DNA of 64,000 nucleotides from Raillietiella orientalis (Eukaryota), in assembly GCA_036172245.1 (NCBI GenBank), contig JAYWIR010000042.1, forward strand, positions 124,001 to 188,000, in the 5' to 3' direction. Under the pieces are notes generated by a model. That model had not been told where the DNA came from, searched no databases, and saw nothing but the letters and a program-made list of their open reading frames with translations. This document shows, one piece after another, positions 27,301-37,643 of the stretch (positions within the stretch are counted from its first letter, which is position 1; the number at the start of each line of letters is the position of its first letter). The translations under genes were made by a program, and so were the position numbers.

Positions 27301-29937
27301 CTCCCCCCGCAGGATGACGCTTGCTGGCCTTGGTTGGCTTCCGGCGCGGCACTGGTGAAAGTCGGGAAACCCCGGATGTCCCCATTAAGTGGCGAAACTT
27401 GTAAGCTTATTTCCCGGGGTCCTTCCCGAAATGAAGAAGCCCTCTGGGGCTCAAGTCCTCCGGTCTCGTGGAAGGGGACTCTTTATCACGTACCCATGGA
27501 GATGGTGGTGGATCGATGCCTCTCTAGAGTGTGAAGAAGAGCTCTGCTCCCTTCGGGGAGCGACTCTTCAGAAAAACTGGGAGGCATCCCCTCGGGGTTC
27601 TCTTCAGAGGTGTAAACAAGGAGCGGGTCCTTTTTAGGAGGTCCCTCCGGGCACCACTCCGGAGGGAACAAGGAAGAGGTTCCCTTCGGGGTTCCTTCCG
27701 GAGACAACCGGGGCGTGGGTTCACTTTGGGGTTTCCCCTCTTAAGCGTAAGAGGAGAGAACTCCCTCATCAGCCTTTTCTAGAATCATGGGGTGACTTCC
27801 TTCCGGGAGTGAACTCCTATAACTTGAAGAGTCACTGCACGCAGCTTCGGGTGGCTTGGAACCGAGCCAAAGAGCTTCGTGAGATTCCAGAAGGACCAAA
27901 AAAAAAAAGAAAGCCCGAAGGAAAAAAAAGGGAAGAAGCTGAACGCAAAGCAGAGGAAACGGAAAGAACCCAAAAGGATTTTCAGCACCCTCCGAGGTCG
28001 AGGGGCTCAGGAGCCCAAAGGAAGTCGGGATGCTGGAGCGTTCTTCCGAGCTCGAAAGCAAGTCTTCCGGATGAATCCTTGGGGAGGCTGGTACCGGAAT
28101 CGCGGGTCATCCTGAGTGGCGACGTCACTCTGGATGGTAAACGCTCTCCCGGGAGGCGCCGGAGCTCGCCCTCGGCGTGCAGCTCCCAGTAACGGGTGCC
28201 AGAGGCCTCCGATCTGAAACGCCCCCTCCGGATCGCGTGTCTTTTGGTCTGCCACTCCCCGCCTCCGCGCACGAGCCGAAGACATTTCGTGTGTGTGCAG
28301 GCAGGGTAAGGTCTGATACTTTCAGTAGCCTCCGGGAAGAAAGGAGGTCTCCGAGGGGACAGTCAAGTCTACGGGTTCCGCTCCAGCATCCGCAATCGGA
28401 GTGTGGAGGTGGAAGGGAAGGGCATGTAACCACCCTGAACCTCTCCAGAAAACCGAGCGTTCCTTTCCCGTGGTCTTCAATTGAGACGTCGGAAAGCCAT
28501 GCGGGAAGCAAGGATACCTGGATCCTCACGTCCGCATCTTCGCATCATTGTCTCACCCCCCAGGAGGGACGGACGAGGGACTAGGCGCAGGCGGGGAAGC
28601 CATGTGGATCCCTGGTAACAGGAACCGTAGCGTCCTGTCACCGAGGCGAAGACGAAGCACCGGAGTCAAAGCGTCAGCAATTTTCGCCCGTCCCGTTTAT
28701 CCGGGAGCGCAATTTCCTGCCGCGGGGAAATGGCGCGAACCAGAAGACCAGAGACCTCAAGGATCTGCGGGAACAGGGATGGTCTCTTTCTGAAGAGCCT
28801 GCCTTTCGACTCAGTGGGTTCCCTGAGCGACAGCTGCTTTCGCGCTCTCCCGGTGCTTCGGGGACTGAAGCGCTTCCTTCTCCTTTTCCTGGCTCGCTCC
28901 TGCTAGTCTTGCCGAGCGGTTGCGCCCTCTCCGAGCTCCTTACGAGTCTTTGCCCGAGGCCCCCCGCCGCGTTTCTCAGAAGCCTTCCATCCTGGAGGCT
29001 GGTGGCCGAAAGGAGGAAGCGAGATGAACGGTGGTTTGCGCGGGTGGGCGGTTCGGAAAGGAGGCGGGCCAGGGGGCGAGGAATGGGCTGAAGGCTGCTC
29101 CCATGGGTCCAGACCTTCAGCTCCCTCTCCCTTTTTTCACTTCCCTCCCTTCTCTGCCGTTCCCCGTCTCGCAATGCGTTGCCATCCCCACGCAGTGACC
29201 CGCAAGGAAGCAATGTGGGAGGCCTGGGACAGGACGGATGTAAACAACTGGAGCTACAACCCGGAAACCCCCCTGAGCCGCTTGCTGACCTCCAAGAGCA
29301 TCGTGAGGAACCTCGTCATCCTCATCAGCAGGGGAGGTAGGTCTCTCCCGCGTTCCTGCTGATCAGGGAGAGAGGCACGGGAACCGCGCGATCCCCAGAC
29401 AACTACCTCCTGAACGTGGGACCGAGCAAAGAGGGGATCCTGGATCCATACATCCATGAGCAGCTGGTGCAGGTGGGCCACTGGATGAAAACCAACGGTC
29501 AAGCCATCTACGGTGCGGAGACTTGGATCTGCTCTGAGGACCCTAAGTACGGAAACATGAGGTAGCGGGAAGAACGGGAGGAGAGAGAGGTTACACGCTC
29601 GGATCCCTTCCTCCCCTGCAGGTACCTCCTGAAGAGAGCCAGGAACAGGCAGAACTCCATCTACGCCGTCCTACTGGATCTCCCTTCCTCCGGGTTCGTG
29701 GACCTGAGCTGCCCTGTACCCAACAGGCAGACCGTCGTCACCTACCTCGGAAACCAGAAAGTCCCTATCAGGGTAGGGCTTTGTCCTCCACCCCCTCAGG
29801 GAGGTGCCGGCCGAGAGTAGCCATCCCTCCAGTTTCAGTACGCGGGCGGCTTCATGCGCATCTTCCTTCCCCTCGAGGAATTAGACCTGAGTGCCCAGGC
29901 CTGGGTTCTGAAGCTCGCTCTCCTGAAGAACGCCTGA
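15304..29937 (+). CDS. Alpha-L-fucosidase-like protein (GH29), 9 exons, 444 aa, probably non-catalytic
   Basis: Exons 15304-15505, 19443-19584, 23857-23963, 24017-24174, 24850-25015, 29196-29336, 29399-29561, 29622-29772, 29833-29937. All introns are GT-AG and phase-compatible; 1335 nt with no internal stop. GH29 motifs: [72 protein letters not shown]-terminal signal-peptide-like stretch. The exon 6 acceptor is least certain and a micro-exon may be missed. Confidence 0.93.
16700..19400 (-). mobile_element. Decayed R1-like non-LTR retrotransposon in fucosidase intron 1
   Basis: [11 protein letters not shown], similar to GVPQG (~18090), and C-terminal [16 protein letters not shown]...YLTHCLG, similar to W...kGR..y..fP...lTq.l.GhG (16890-16985). 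Confidence 0.55.
19600..20620 (-). mobile_element. Decayed non-LTR RT fragment in fucosidase intron 2
   Basis: Weak remnants WKLVHL and ENLRL, similar to WK.A.v and nYRPI, near 20260-20340. Confidence 0.35.
20640..21256 (+). mobile_element. tRNA-headed structured SINE-like element, copy B
   Basis: GTTCTAATCCCGCC box, CTGGTTGGCCTGTAGGC core, CCTCTTAAGCGTAAGAGG hairpin, CCTGTAACTTGAAGAG block. Confidence 0.8.
21391..21477. repeat. Near-perfect inverted repeat (38-bp arms, 11-nt loop)
   Basis: Arms 21391-21428 and 21440-21477 match at 35 of 38 positions. Confidence 0.95.
21780..22900 (+). mobile_element. Possible decayed RT/RNase H remnant
   Basis: SNIGVPP, similar to GVPQG (~22070), and ISPYDGGK, similar to IYTDGSK (~22690). 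Weak. Confidence 0.3.
25100..25681 (+). mobile_element. tRNA-headed structured SINE-like element, copy C (fucosidase intron 5)
   Basis: Perfect B box GGTTCGAATCC at 25145-25155 and core GGATGACGCTGGTTGGCCTGTAGGC at 25195-25219. The central part closely resembles copy D. Confidence 0.85.
27172..27908 (+). mobile_element. tRNA-headed structured SINE-like element, copy D (near full length, A-rich tail)
   Basis: B box GGTTCGAATC at 27227-27236, several cTTCGg hairpins, CCTATAACTTGAAGAG, terminal A run. Confidence 0.85.
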
Positions 29938-30225
29938 TCGGGAAGGGAGGAGGAGGAAGATGAGGAGGGCAGCAGTTTGTACAATAGCGGGCGAAGAACA
30001 AGCCGAATGAAGTTTCCTCTTGGTCTCTCACGAGGGCATCATGGGAGGGAAAGGGAATGCGGAGGGATGCAGTCCGGGTCGCCGGGAAAGGAGCCCACTT
30101 TTTTTTTTTCCTCCCCGATGCACACTGAGCACTTCCCTCTGCTAGAAGATGCCCAATGCGACGCTGAGGTCTCCCGCTGGATCGCCCTAGGTGGTGGTCA
30201 ACCAGCTAGACCCGCTGCCCACCCA

Positions 30226-30810
30226 ATGCCCCGCTACTGCCTTGAGACCGCAATCAGTCTTCACCACCATCATCTAACGGAGGGTGTACGGAGGGGAGGA
30301 TGAGGACGTCTCCCCTTCTTCTTGGGCAGCTCCTAGTTTCTCCGCCAGGTGTGCTCCTTCCTGCCTCCGCGTCTTTCCTCCGACGAAGACCCTCCGTACG
30401 GAGGGTCTTCGTCGGAGGAAGAAGCAGCAGCAACAACAACAAAGGCGCTGCTCCGGAGGTGGTGGTGCTGGCGTCCAGCAGCACCAGCTGGCTCAGGCAG
30501 CGAACCTGCGCAAGCGCCGCAGGATGCCGAGCATCAATGAATGACGCCTTCGGGGTTCGGCGCTTGCGCATCCCCAAGCAGCCTTACGAGAAGCAGCTGA
30601 GCAAGGTGGAATTCTGCGGCTACACCACCTTCCTGGACAACCTGCTGCGTGGCAACTGTCCCACCCCGTGGGAGCAGCACCCCTGCAAGGTCTGGGTACA
30701 CTGCAGCGCCAAAAGGCTTCATTCCATGGCACGGCCGGACACTCTTCGATCTGGTGCAATGCCAGCAAAGGGAGGAATGCAACACTGTCTCATCCCGGAG
30801 TATCTCAGGA
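30226..30810 (+). pseudogene. Ptf1a: Ptf1a/Fer1-like bHLH transcription factor pseudogene
   Basis: QAANLRKRRRMPSIN / DAFGVRRLRIPKQPYEKQLSKVE..GYTTFL matches the Ptf1a bHLH [44 protein letters not shown]. A 4-bp AATG duplication (30536-30543) shifts the frame, helix 2 is partly deleted, and the C-terminal motifs are eroded. The 5' boundary is uncertain. Confidence 0.85.
30375..30420. repeat. Perfect 46-bp palindrome with no spacer
   Basis: TTCCTCCGACGAAGACCCTCCGT|ACGGAGGGTCTTCGTCGGAGGAA. Confidence 0.97.
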
Positions 30811-33231
30811 CTCATCCCTATGTAGCAACGATAACATCTAGCCGGGAAGAGAGCGTCCTTCCCAGGAGGAAGATCCTGTTCATCCGGTTGTCACTAGGGA
30901 AGAGAAGGAGAGCACGGAGTCTGCCGCCGCTCTCCCTTCCCTCCCGGTCTTTGCACTTTGTGATGGGCTCACTCAAGGGAGAGGAAGAAATGCGAAAAGG
31001 GGGAGAGGGGGACGGCAGGGAAGGAGTGAATGAAGATTGGAAAAACGAGAAGCACAACAGCGGCCACGTCTGTTCCTTCGCGCCCGTTCCCGGGTGGAAG
31101 AACGCATGCTGCATCACCTTTCCCCCTACTCTCTTGGTCCCCTCCCCCCTTTCCCTACCAGCAAAACGCTCCTTTGGAAAGGGAACGTAAGCGAAGAGGA
31201 AGAAAGGAAGTTCCTGGTTGAAAGAAGGATCATTCCTGATAGCAGTACGTGATTCCTCAAGAAGACTGAAATGCAGATTTTCCAACCTGCCTAAAGGCAG
31301 TTGGCAGTCGAGCTCGGAATGCAAAGAGGAAGGCCACATCGACGAGCCTCCGAAGCCTCTCAAAGGAAACCCAAGCTGGCACCCCAGTCCCATTTTTCGA
31401 GCGAAGGAGCGGCACTCCCCTAGTGTGAATGTAGAGGAACCAACCCAGTCCCCAAACCGACTGCTAAGACCTCGGACCGATTTCGCTGGAACAGCTGCTG
31501 CTGCCCCGCCACTGCTAATTAGTCATCGATGCCTTGGTGGATTCTTCGAGGAAAACGTGGAAGCAAAGAGAAGATTTCAAGTCCGGAAGCAGAGTAAGAG
31601 CGCGGTGGAAAGCTGCCTGTCAGACCCTGAGAGGAAAGAAACCAAAGGGCAAGGCAAGCACTTGGAGGAATCGCAAGTGCCAGACGAAAGAGCGTGCTAC
31701 CTGCGCAAGGGGCGTGGAAGCGAGGATGAAAAACCTCCGCGAGGGCGCGGAAGGACTTGCAGAGAGCTCATTCTCCCATGAACACTCTTCGCAAATCACT
31801 AAGACGTGAGTCGGCAGCTCCAGTTAGCAGTGCGCGGAACCTGCGATGCTGGTACTCGGAGGAGCAAACTGCAGAACTCAGCACTTCCCTCTTCTCCCCA
31901 TACAGGAAGATGCAGGCATTAAAAGTCTCCAAAAAGCCATGCTGATCCCTCTTTAGTACTTGGAGGTATTTTCTGATCCCATCACCCTCATTCTGGCACT
32001 TGGAAAGGCATAAATTTGCGGCATGTGGTGAGGTTTGCAGGAACAGCGGGAGTCCCGGCAGATAGCAAAGGGCGAAACAGGGATCACTAGGGAAATAAAC
32101 GCAGCGGCTCGGTGGCATTCCTTCAGACCTCTCAAACATTCTTTGCTGACGAAAAGAATGCTTCCGGGTGGAAGGGAGCACAGGACTACTGATAGTCCAG
32201 AGAGGGAGTGCAGCAGAAACAGTTAAAAGGATACCGGAAGACGTTTCATCGCCATGAGGTTTCTGAAAGGCGTATGCACGCACGACTTTTCTTAGGTTTC
32301 CTGTGGGATCTTCGCTTTCGGCAAGGATGGAAACAGACAAGAAGGCATGCTGTGATTTTCCAAAGTGAGTTATCCAAGCGAAATCCGGACATGCCTACTC
32401 CAACATGGGTCAAGGTGATGAGCGCTTCCTCTTGCAGAGAACAACTTCGAAGGCAAGTTCCGGACGTGCTCCTGTAACTGCCGTTAGCGTTTCGTTTTAC
32501 CGAAATCTCTCCCGGTTTCGCGGGCACAAAAAAGGAAAAGTCTCCTCCTCGAGAGAGAGGAAACTGAAACCTGGATCAACTTCTGTCACATCGGATGAAC
32601 AGCAAGAGACCCGAGATGGTCTCATCTCGAATGTTGAACGTAAGCGGACACCGATTTCAGGAGGAAAGGATGCGCCCTTTTCCTCCCGTAATGCCTGCAC
32701 GCACACGAATTGACGAAGCAGGAACGGCAAGCTCCCAAAAGTGCGCTGGCCTATTGGAGGACTTTGAGAAAGATGAGAGCTCCCCACAAACCATATCAGT
32801 AAGCAGAGAGAAGGCACGTGGTCGGAAGTGCCCATGTGAAAGAGTTGGAGAAGTCTCTTGACTGGCGTGGACAGAGCTGACCAAGCGTTCCATTCAAGTG
32901 GGCCAGATAACGAAACGAGTGGCACTGATTGGAGATGCGCTTGATATGGAGGAAAAGCAGCAATGTAGAAAGGAAGTCCCGAACAAAGGAGAGTGAAACC
33001 ATCAGCTCTGGAGGAACAGACAGGAATAAAGAGCAGAATCAAGGCATGCTCAAAGACGCCTCCGACACGAAATCGCTTCGCGTCGGAGGCCCTTGTAGGA
33101 ACACATCGTCAGTCTGGCTGTGGGAAGGAATCGTTGGTGATCCTCTCTCGAGGAATTTCACTTCTGGTGTGCTCTTTGGACGAAGGACATTTCAATACAA
33201 TCTTCTGAGTGATGCTGATGTCTTCCTTCAG

Positions 33232-33559
33232 ACAACCTACCATGTACCTGTTGAAAGTGGCATCACCAACAAGAACAGGCACGTCAGCTACATCAACAAG
33301 GGTTTGTTTGTTTGTTTGTTCTAGCTTGGAATGTCACGTGTGACTTCAGTTCATCTACATTTTGATGTTGTAGGTGACCCTGTTCAGAAACCTCATTATC
33401 GCGAACATCCGTTAAGGACGAAATTGAAAATGAAAGGTTAAAGTTTCCATGGTATCCACAAAATGAGCACACGGTTCTTGCCGCTGCCACGGCAAACAGA
33501 GGATGACGGTCTTACAACAAGTGCTGCTTCGACTAGTGTAGGACTTTACTCCATCAAAG
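33232..33559 (+). other. Three candidate small coding exons of an unidentified gene
   Basis: 33232-33301, 33374-33436 and 33500-33559 join through 72- and 63-bp GT-AG introns into the open frame TTYHVPVESGITNKNRHVSYINKGDPVQKPHYREHPLRTKLKMKEDDGLTTSAASTSVGLYSIK. No family recognised. Confidence 0.35.
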
Positions 33560-33599
33560 GTTGGTAATGACTAAAACTACATGAACATCAACTCGATAC

Positions 33600-35900
33600 C
33601 TCGACTCGACTTGTCTCATTATGGAAAATTCTCGAATTTTTTCTGTATGAACCTGAAGACGCGTATTCTCCGCGGTCCTTCAGTTAGGAATCTCCATTCA
33701 TAACTGACTTCTGTCTTGGGAAGGTTTTGCTGGTTCCTCCTTTACCCTCGAGCTTCGTCATGAACTGGCATTGCCATAGAGGAAAACTTTCTCCTTATAA
33801 AAGCTTCGGAGATCACGCAAGTTGTGTTACTTTATCGGTAGTTGTCCCATGAGGAATCTCATTTCAAAAAGGCTTGAAAAATAATGAATGATGAGCTGAA
33901 AGCGATCGGAAAGCTGCCTCATTTCGTGGGGAGAATGCCAGAAATCTAACGTTCCAAGGCATTGAAATGCAATTCGGTGGTCCTGGATCGCACTACTAGG
34001 GAGCAGATACCTTCCTCTTCACATTCACGTGTGTCTGAGAAGTTTGGCATGATTCTGGTTTGCAACTCTTTTCGGATCATCGGGCAAGGTTTTTGCGAAC
34101 TTCCTTGCACAGTTTGGCCTTCTCGCTCCTTCTAGAGTTTCAAAAGTTCTCGGACTCCTCCTAGCTTTCTTAATTTCTTTCTGAATGGGTCCCTGATTGT
34201 CCTAGCTTTCATCCTTGAAACCATCCTATTGGATTTTCAGGTTCATGGCATTTTTAATGCTCACAAATCTCAGGAAGCTGCATGCTCGTACTCTTGTAGG
34301 TAGCTCCTGCTGCGTTCATTCTTCGTCACAAAGGATGTCTTGCCCGTTGGTGCAATTTTTCCTTTCTAGAGGACTCACAGATTTCCTTCGAGGAGCTTTT
34401 TCTTCCTCTCTGTGCTCCGTTCTGTTTCCCACATTACCTTTCATGAGGACGATATCCCTTTTCCATTCTTCACTCCTGTAACTCATGACAACGGAAACAG
34501 TCTGTCTCTCGTTAGTCTTTGCTGAAGACTGATACCGTCCTCACGCATGAATTCAGGCAGAACTCACTTCTAAATCTGAATCTTTCTTGTGACTCTCGGT
34601 CCAGTTGCTACTGGTTCTTCCTTAGGTGATCCGCCATAGAATTGCTGACGGGAAAGTCTATAACACTCTTGGAAAAGAAGCGACCACCTGAAGCTTTACG
34701 TATAATTTTCACCCTGGTTCTATATCCAGTTCCCTCTGCTAAGACAGCTGCATGAAAATGAACTTTCTGGTGCTGCTACTGAAAGGTTTGCTTTTGTTTT
34801 ATTTTTTATTTTGTTTCTTTACTTCACTGCCTCCGTAGTGGGCGATACTTCCATATGATCTCTGCTCGCCTCTGCTGCTAGAATCGCTGATGCTGATGGT
34901 TGTTTGGTGCTGCGCTACAGCTTCGAGGATGCAGCTGCGAACTTCCGGTGATGATTTTCGGTGTTGTTGGTGTTAGCATTCACTGTGAATGCCAAAAGCT
35001 GCAACGATGCCTCGAGGGATTCAGAACGAAGCAATCGGTTTCAACGAGGAATGCGGTAATTCCGGTTTCGAAGGCCAGCCCAGGTATGCTTCCCCCTTGT
35101 TTTATAAACAGACCAGACCACTCAAAACTTGCCTCATCTGAGGATGCACGCGTAACTGAAATCATACACTCATGCGTACTTTCATCTGGATAGTTAGTGG
35201 CCATCTTTCCCGTCCTCCTCACATCGAGAAGACGGCAAACTCCATGACAACCAGTGAGCTGCGCAGCCTACAATCTAAGATGCACGATCTTTGGATATAC
35301 TGACTCAGTTAGTGATTCGGAGGCTAAGCCTACACGCTGATGGAGCAAACGACGATAAAATGGAACTGGATGTCGGGACGATCTATAGGAAGGAGTTTTC
35401 AGAGCTTTTGCTTTGGAACTGCTCGTGAATAGGAAGGCTGCTATTCGATAGGAGGGGAAAATGCGATCGCAGGGACCATATCCGTGATCTCTCACGCACT
35501 CTGCAAGTGATCCAGGAAGAAAAGATGCTTCATCTGCAAGCCACGGTAAGTTGGGCATTATTTTCGGTCGCGAGCCTGCGACGTGCAAATTATCCAAGAG
35601 ATACTCCCATGAAAGCAGCAGCTTTGTTTTATGCTTTCATAAGTGGGCACCGGCTTCATATTCAGCCTCCTCTTGCCATATAAGAAGCTCCTCTAAAGAG
35701 AATATCTCGCACTTGTTTGTTTGCAGCTTCCGAACACATTTATCTCTTTCTCCGAAACTTGTGCTTTTTCCTCTCTTCGTGTCTGCTATTAGTCGTTGTT
35801 CTTTTACCTCTCTCTCTTAGTCGCGGTCCATTCCTCTCATACTGATGTGATCTCTGAGGAACCGCACGCTATCTGTTGCGGCTTAGAGTTCGCCTAATCA
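33600..35900 (-). mobile_element. Decayed 5' part (gag-like plus AP endonuclease start) of a non-LTR retrotransposon
   Basis: ISMPWNVRFL, similar to the APE I.sWNvrgl start (~33955), lies downstream of low-complexity basic and Cys/His-containing remnants. Confidence 0.35.
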
Positions 35901-37357
35901 CTTTGTTATCTTCCTGACTTCTTGAGTTTGCCCATACCTGAAGGAGACGCATAGGCTTGCCTTCTGCGGGATCCGAAGAGTTCCACGGATTTGAGAAGAA
36001 ACCAAATGCTCCTGGCGAAAGAAACAACTGTTACCTTGATGCGTCGAAAACACAACTCTCACCAACGAAATCCAAGAAGAGAGCTCGTGAGCTCCTGGCT
36101 TCAGGATAATTCAAGGACCAGAAGTTCCGAAACCTCTCTAGCTATGATATTCGCTGACGCTGGTTTGCAATAGATTTCCCGTTCCCTGCATTTTGTCGAA
36201 TCAATAGGGATATACCGTGTGTGTTCGTGTCGCACGAAGTTCCCTCCTATTTTTCAGGGTTGCGCTTACTGTGAAATCCCAGTTGTGCCGATTGGAACCC
36301 CGTATCGGAAAGATGCGCCAGAAAGGCGAAAGTAAATAGAGAAGACAAATGCGGCTAAAGGGAAGAAGGGTCGTTGATCAGAGGAACAAGGGGGATTGCT
36401 GGCCTCATCGTCATTCACGGAAAATCAAGTGCAGGAACTTACTGTACGAGGTTTCCATAGTAGCAACGTGATGATTAAGGCGATCCTCAAGGTACAAATC
36501 GTGTCCTCTGGTCAGAAAAACCCTCTGTTCAGCTTTTTAAGAATTTGAAAGTGCTTCATTCTTTTATCATTCAGATTCAGAGGACGATCTGCTGAACTAC
36601 ATATAGCTCTTGGACTTTTGTTGTTAGTTCTTGGAATCTCTTGTTCTCAAGTACCTCTTTTCAAGCATTTCAGTGTTCCAAATAACCATCCGATCTTTGA
36701 TGATTCTCCGTCTACATGAAGTACTGAAAGTATTGTGATCAGAAGACGGAGGTGCTAATACCAAGGGATGTAGCGCAGTTGTTTAGCACGTAGCCTTTCC
36801 TCATTTCTGGTAGCTGTTGTGAAACCTTCTGCGTATCTATGCACAATCCATGGCGAGTACATTCCTTGTGCATGGATACGCAGAAGAGAGGATATCCTTC
36901 GTATCTGGAATAACCCCAAAGCATACCCGGAAAAGAGTATGATGATTCCGTGCTTCAATGATGCAGTCATTTTTTAGCAGGATACGCTATGATCAGGATG
37001 AGTCTGCCTTCAACAGAAGCACGGATCCCTTTGGCAAAGCCAGCTTAACTTGCAAGCGAGTTGATCCCAAAGAAGTGAAGCCCCCAGATTTTGAATTTCG
37101 AGAGAACCTCCACGAGGTACTTTTGGAGCATCGCCTCTCCTCGTCTGCAGCCTTTTCAGTGTCGTGTTCCACTTTCCTGATGAACGGATGCCTAATGGTT
37201 AAAGGAAAGGGGAACGTCGTGATTTTTTGCTGGAAAACTGAGTCTGCTTTCCACGAGCGCCCCGAAATTCCTCACCGTTACTCAAGTTTGCCTTCCCTCA
37301 TCTTAGTTAACTTCAGTGCAGATTGAGTGAGGTAGAAGAGGCAAAATTTCTCAAGCA

Positions 37358-37643
37358 GAGTGGTAGCTCAGTACTCGTCGGTAATTCGTTCCCGAACTCG
37401 TGACGAGTGCCGAAACCAACGAGTACCGAACGAGCCATAATTTATGATCCATGATTAACGCTTAAAAAGTACACAAAGCACAAAAAAAGAGGAACGATTC
37501 GGGAGGCACTCCATGAAAGCGTTCCCTCGCTTCATCAAGAGAGCGGGATGCCGAGTTCCGGGCATGCGCCGAGTGTCGAAACATTTTTTTCTCGTCAAAA
37601 TGCGACGAGTACCGACACCGTCGAGTACCGAGGTACTACTGTA
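37358..37643. mobile_element. MITE with pogo/Tc1-like terminal inverted repeats
   Basis: Left AGTGGTAGCTCAGTACTCG versus reverse complement of the right end TACAGTAGTACCTCGGTACTCG. Internal repeats of CGAGTRCCG; TA at the right end. Confidence 0.55.

Noticed and set aside
27350..27405. Hammerhead ribozyme in element copy D (CTGGTGA...GAAAC)
   Set aside because: The core deviates from CTGANGA and is not conserved in copies A, B, C or E; no convincing three-stem junction.
30537..30689. First exon of a novel gene spliced to 33232, or a RecA/Rad51-like LDNLLRG motif
   Set aside because: The segment is explained better as the frameshifted second half of a Ptf1a-like bHLH.
32100..33000. AP endonuclease domain of a + strand LINE
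   Set aside because: Motif resemblances are too degraded to support a call.
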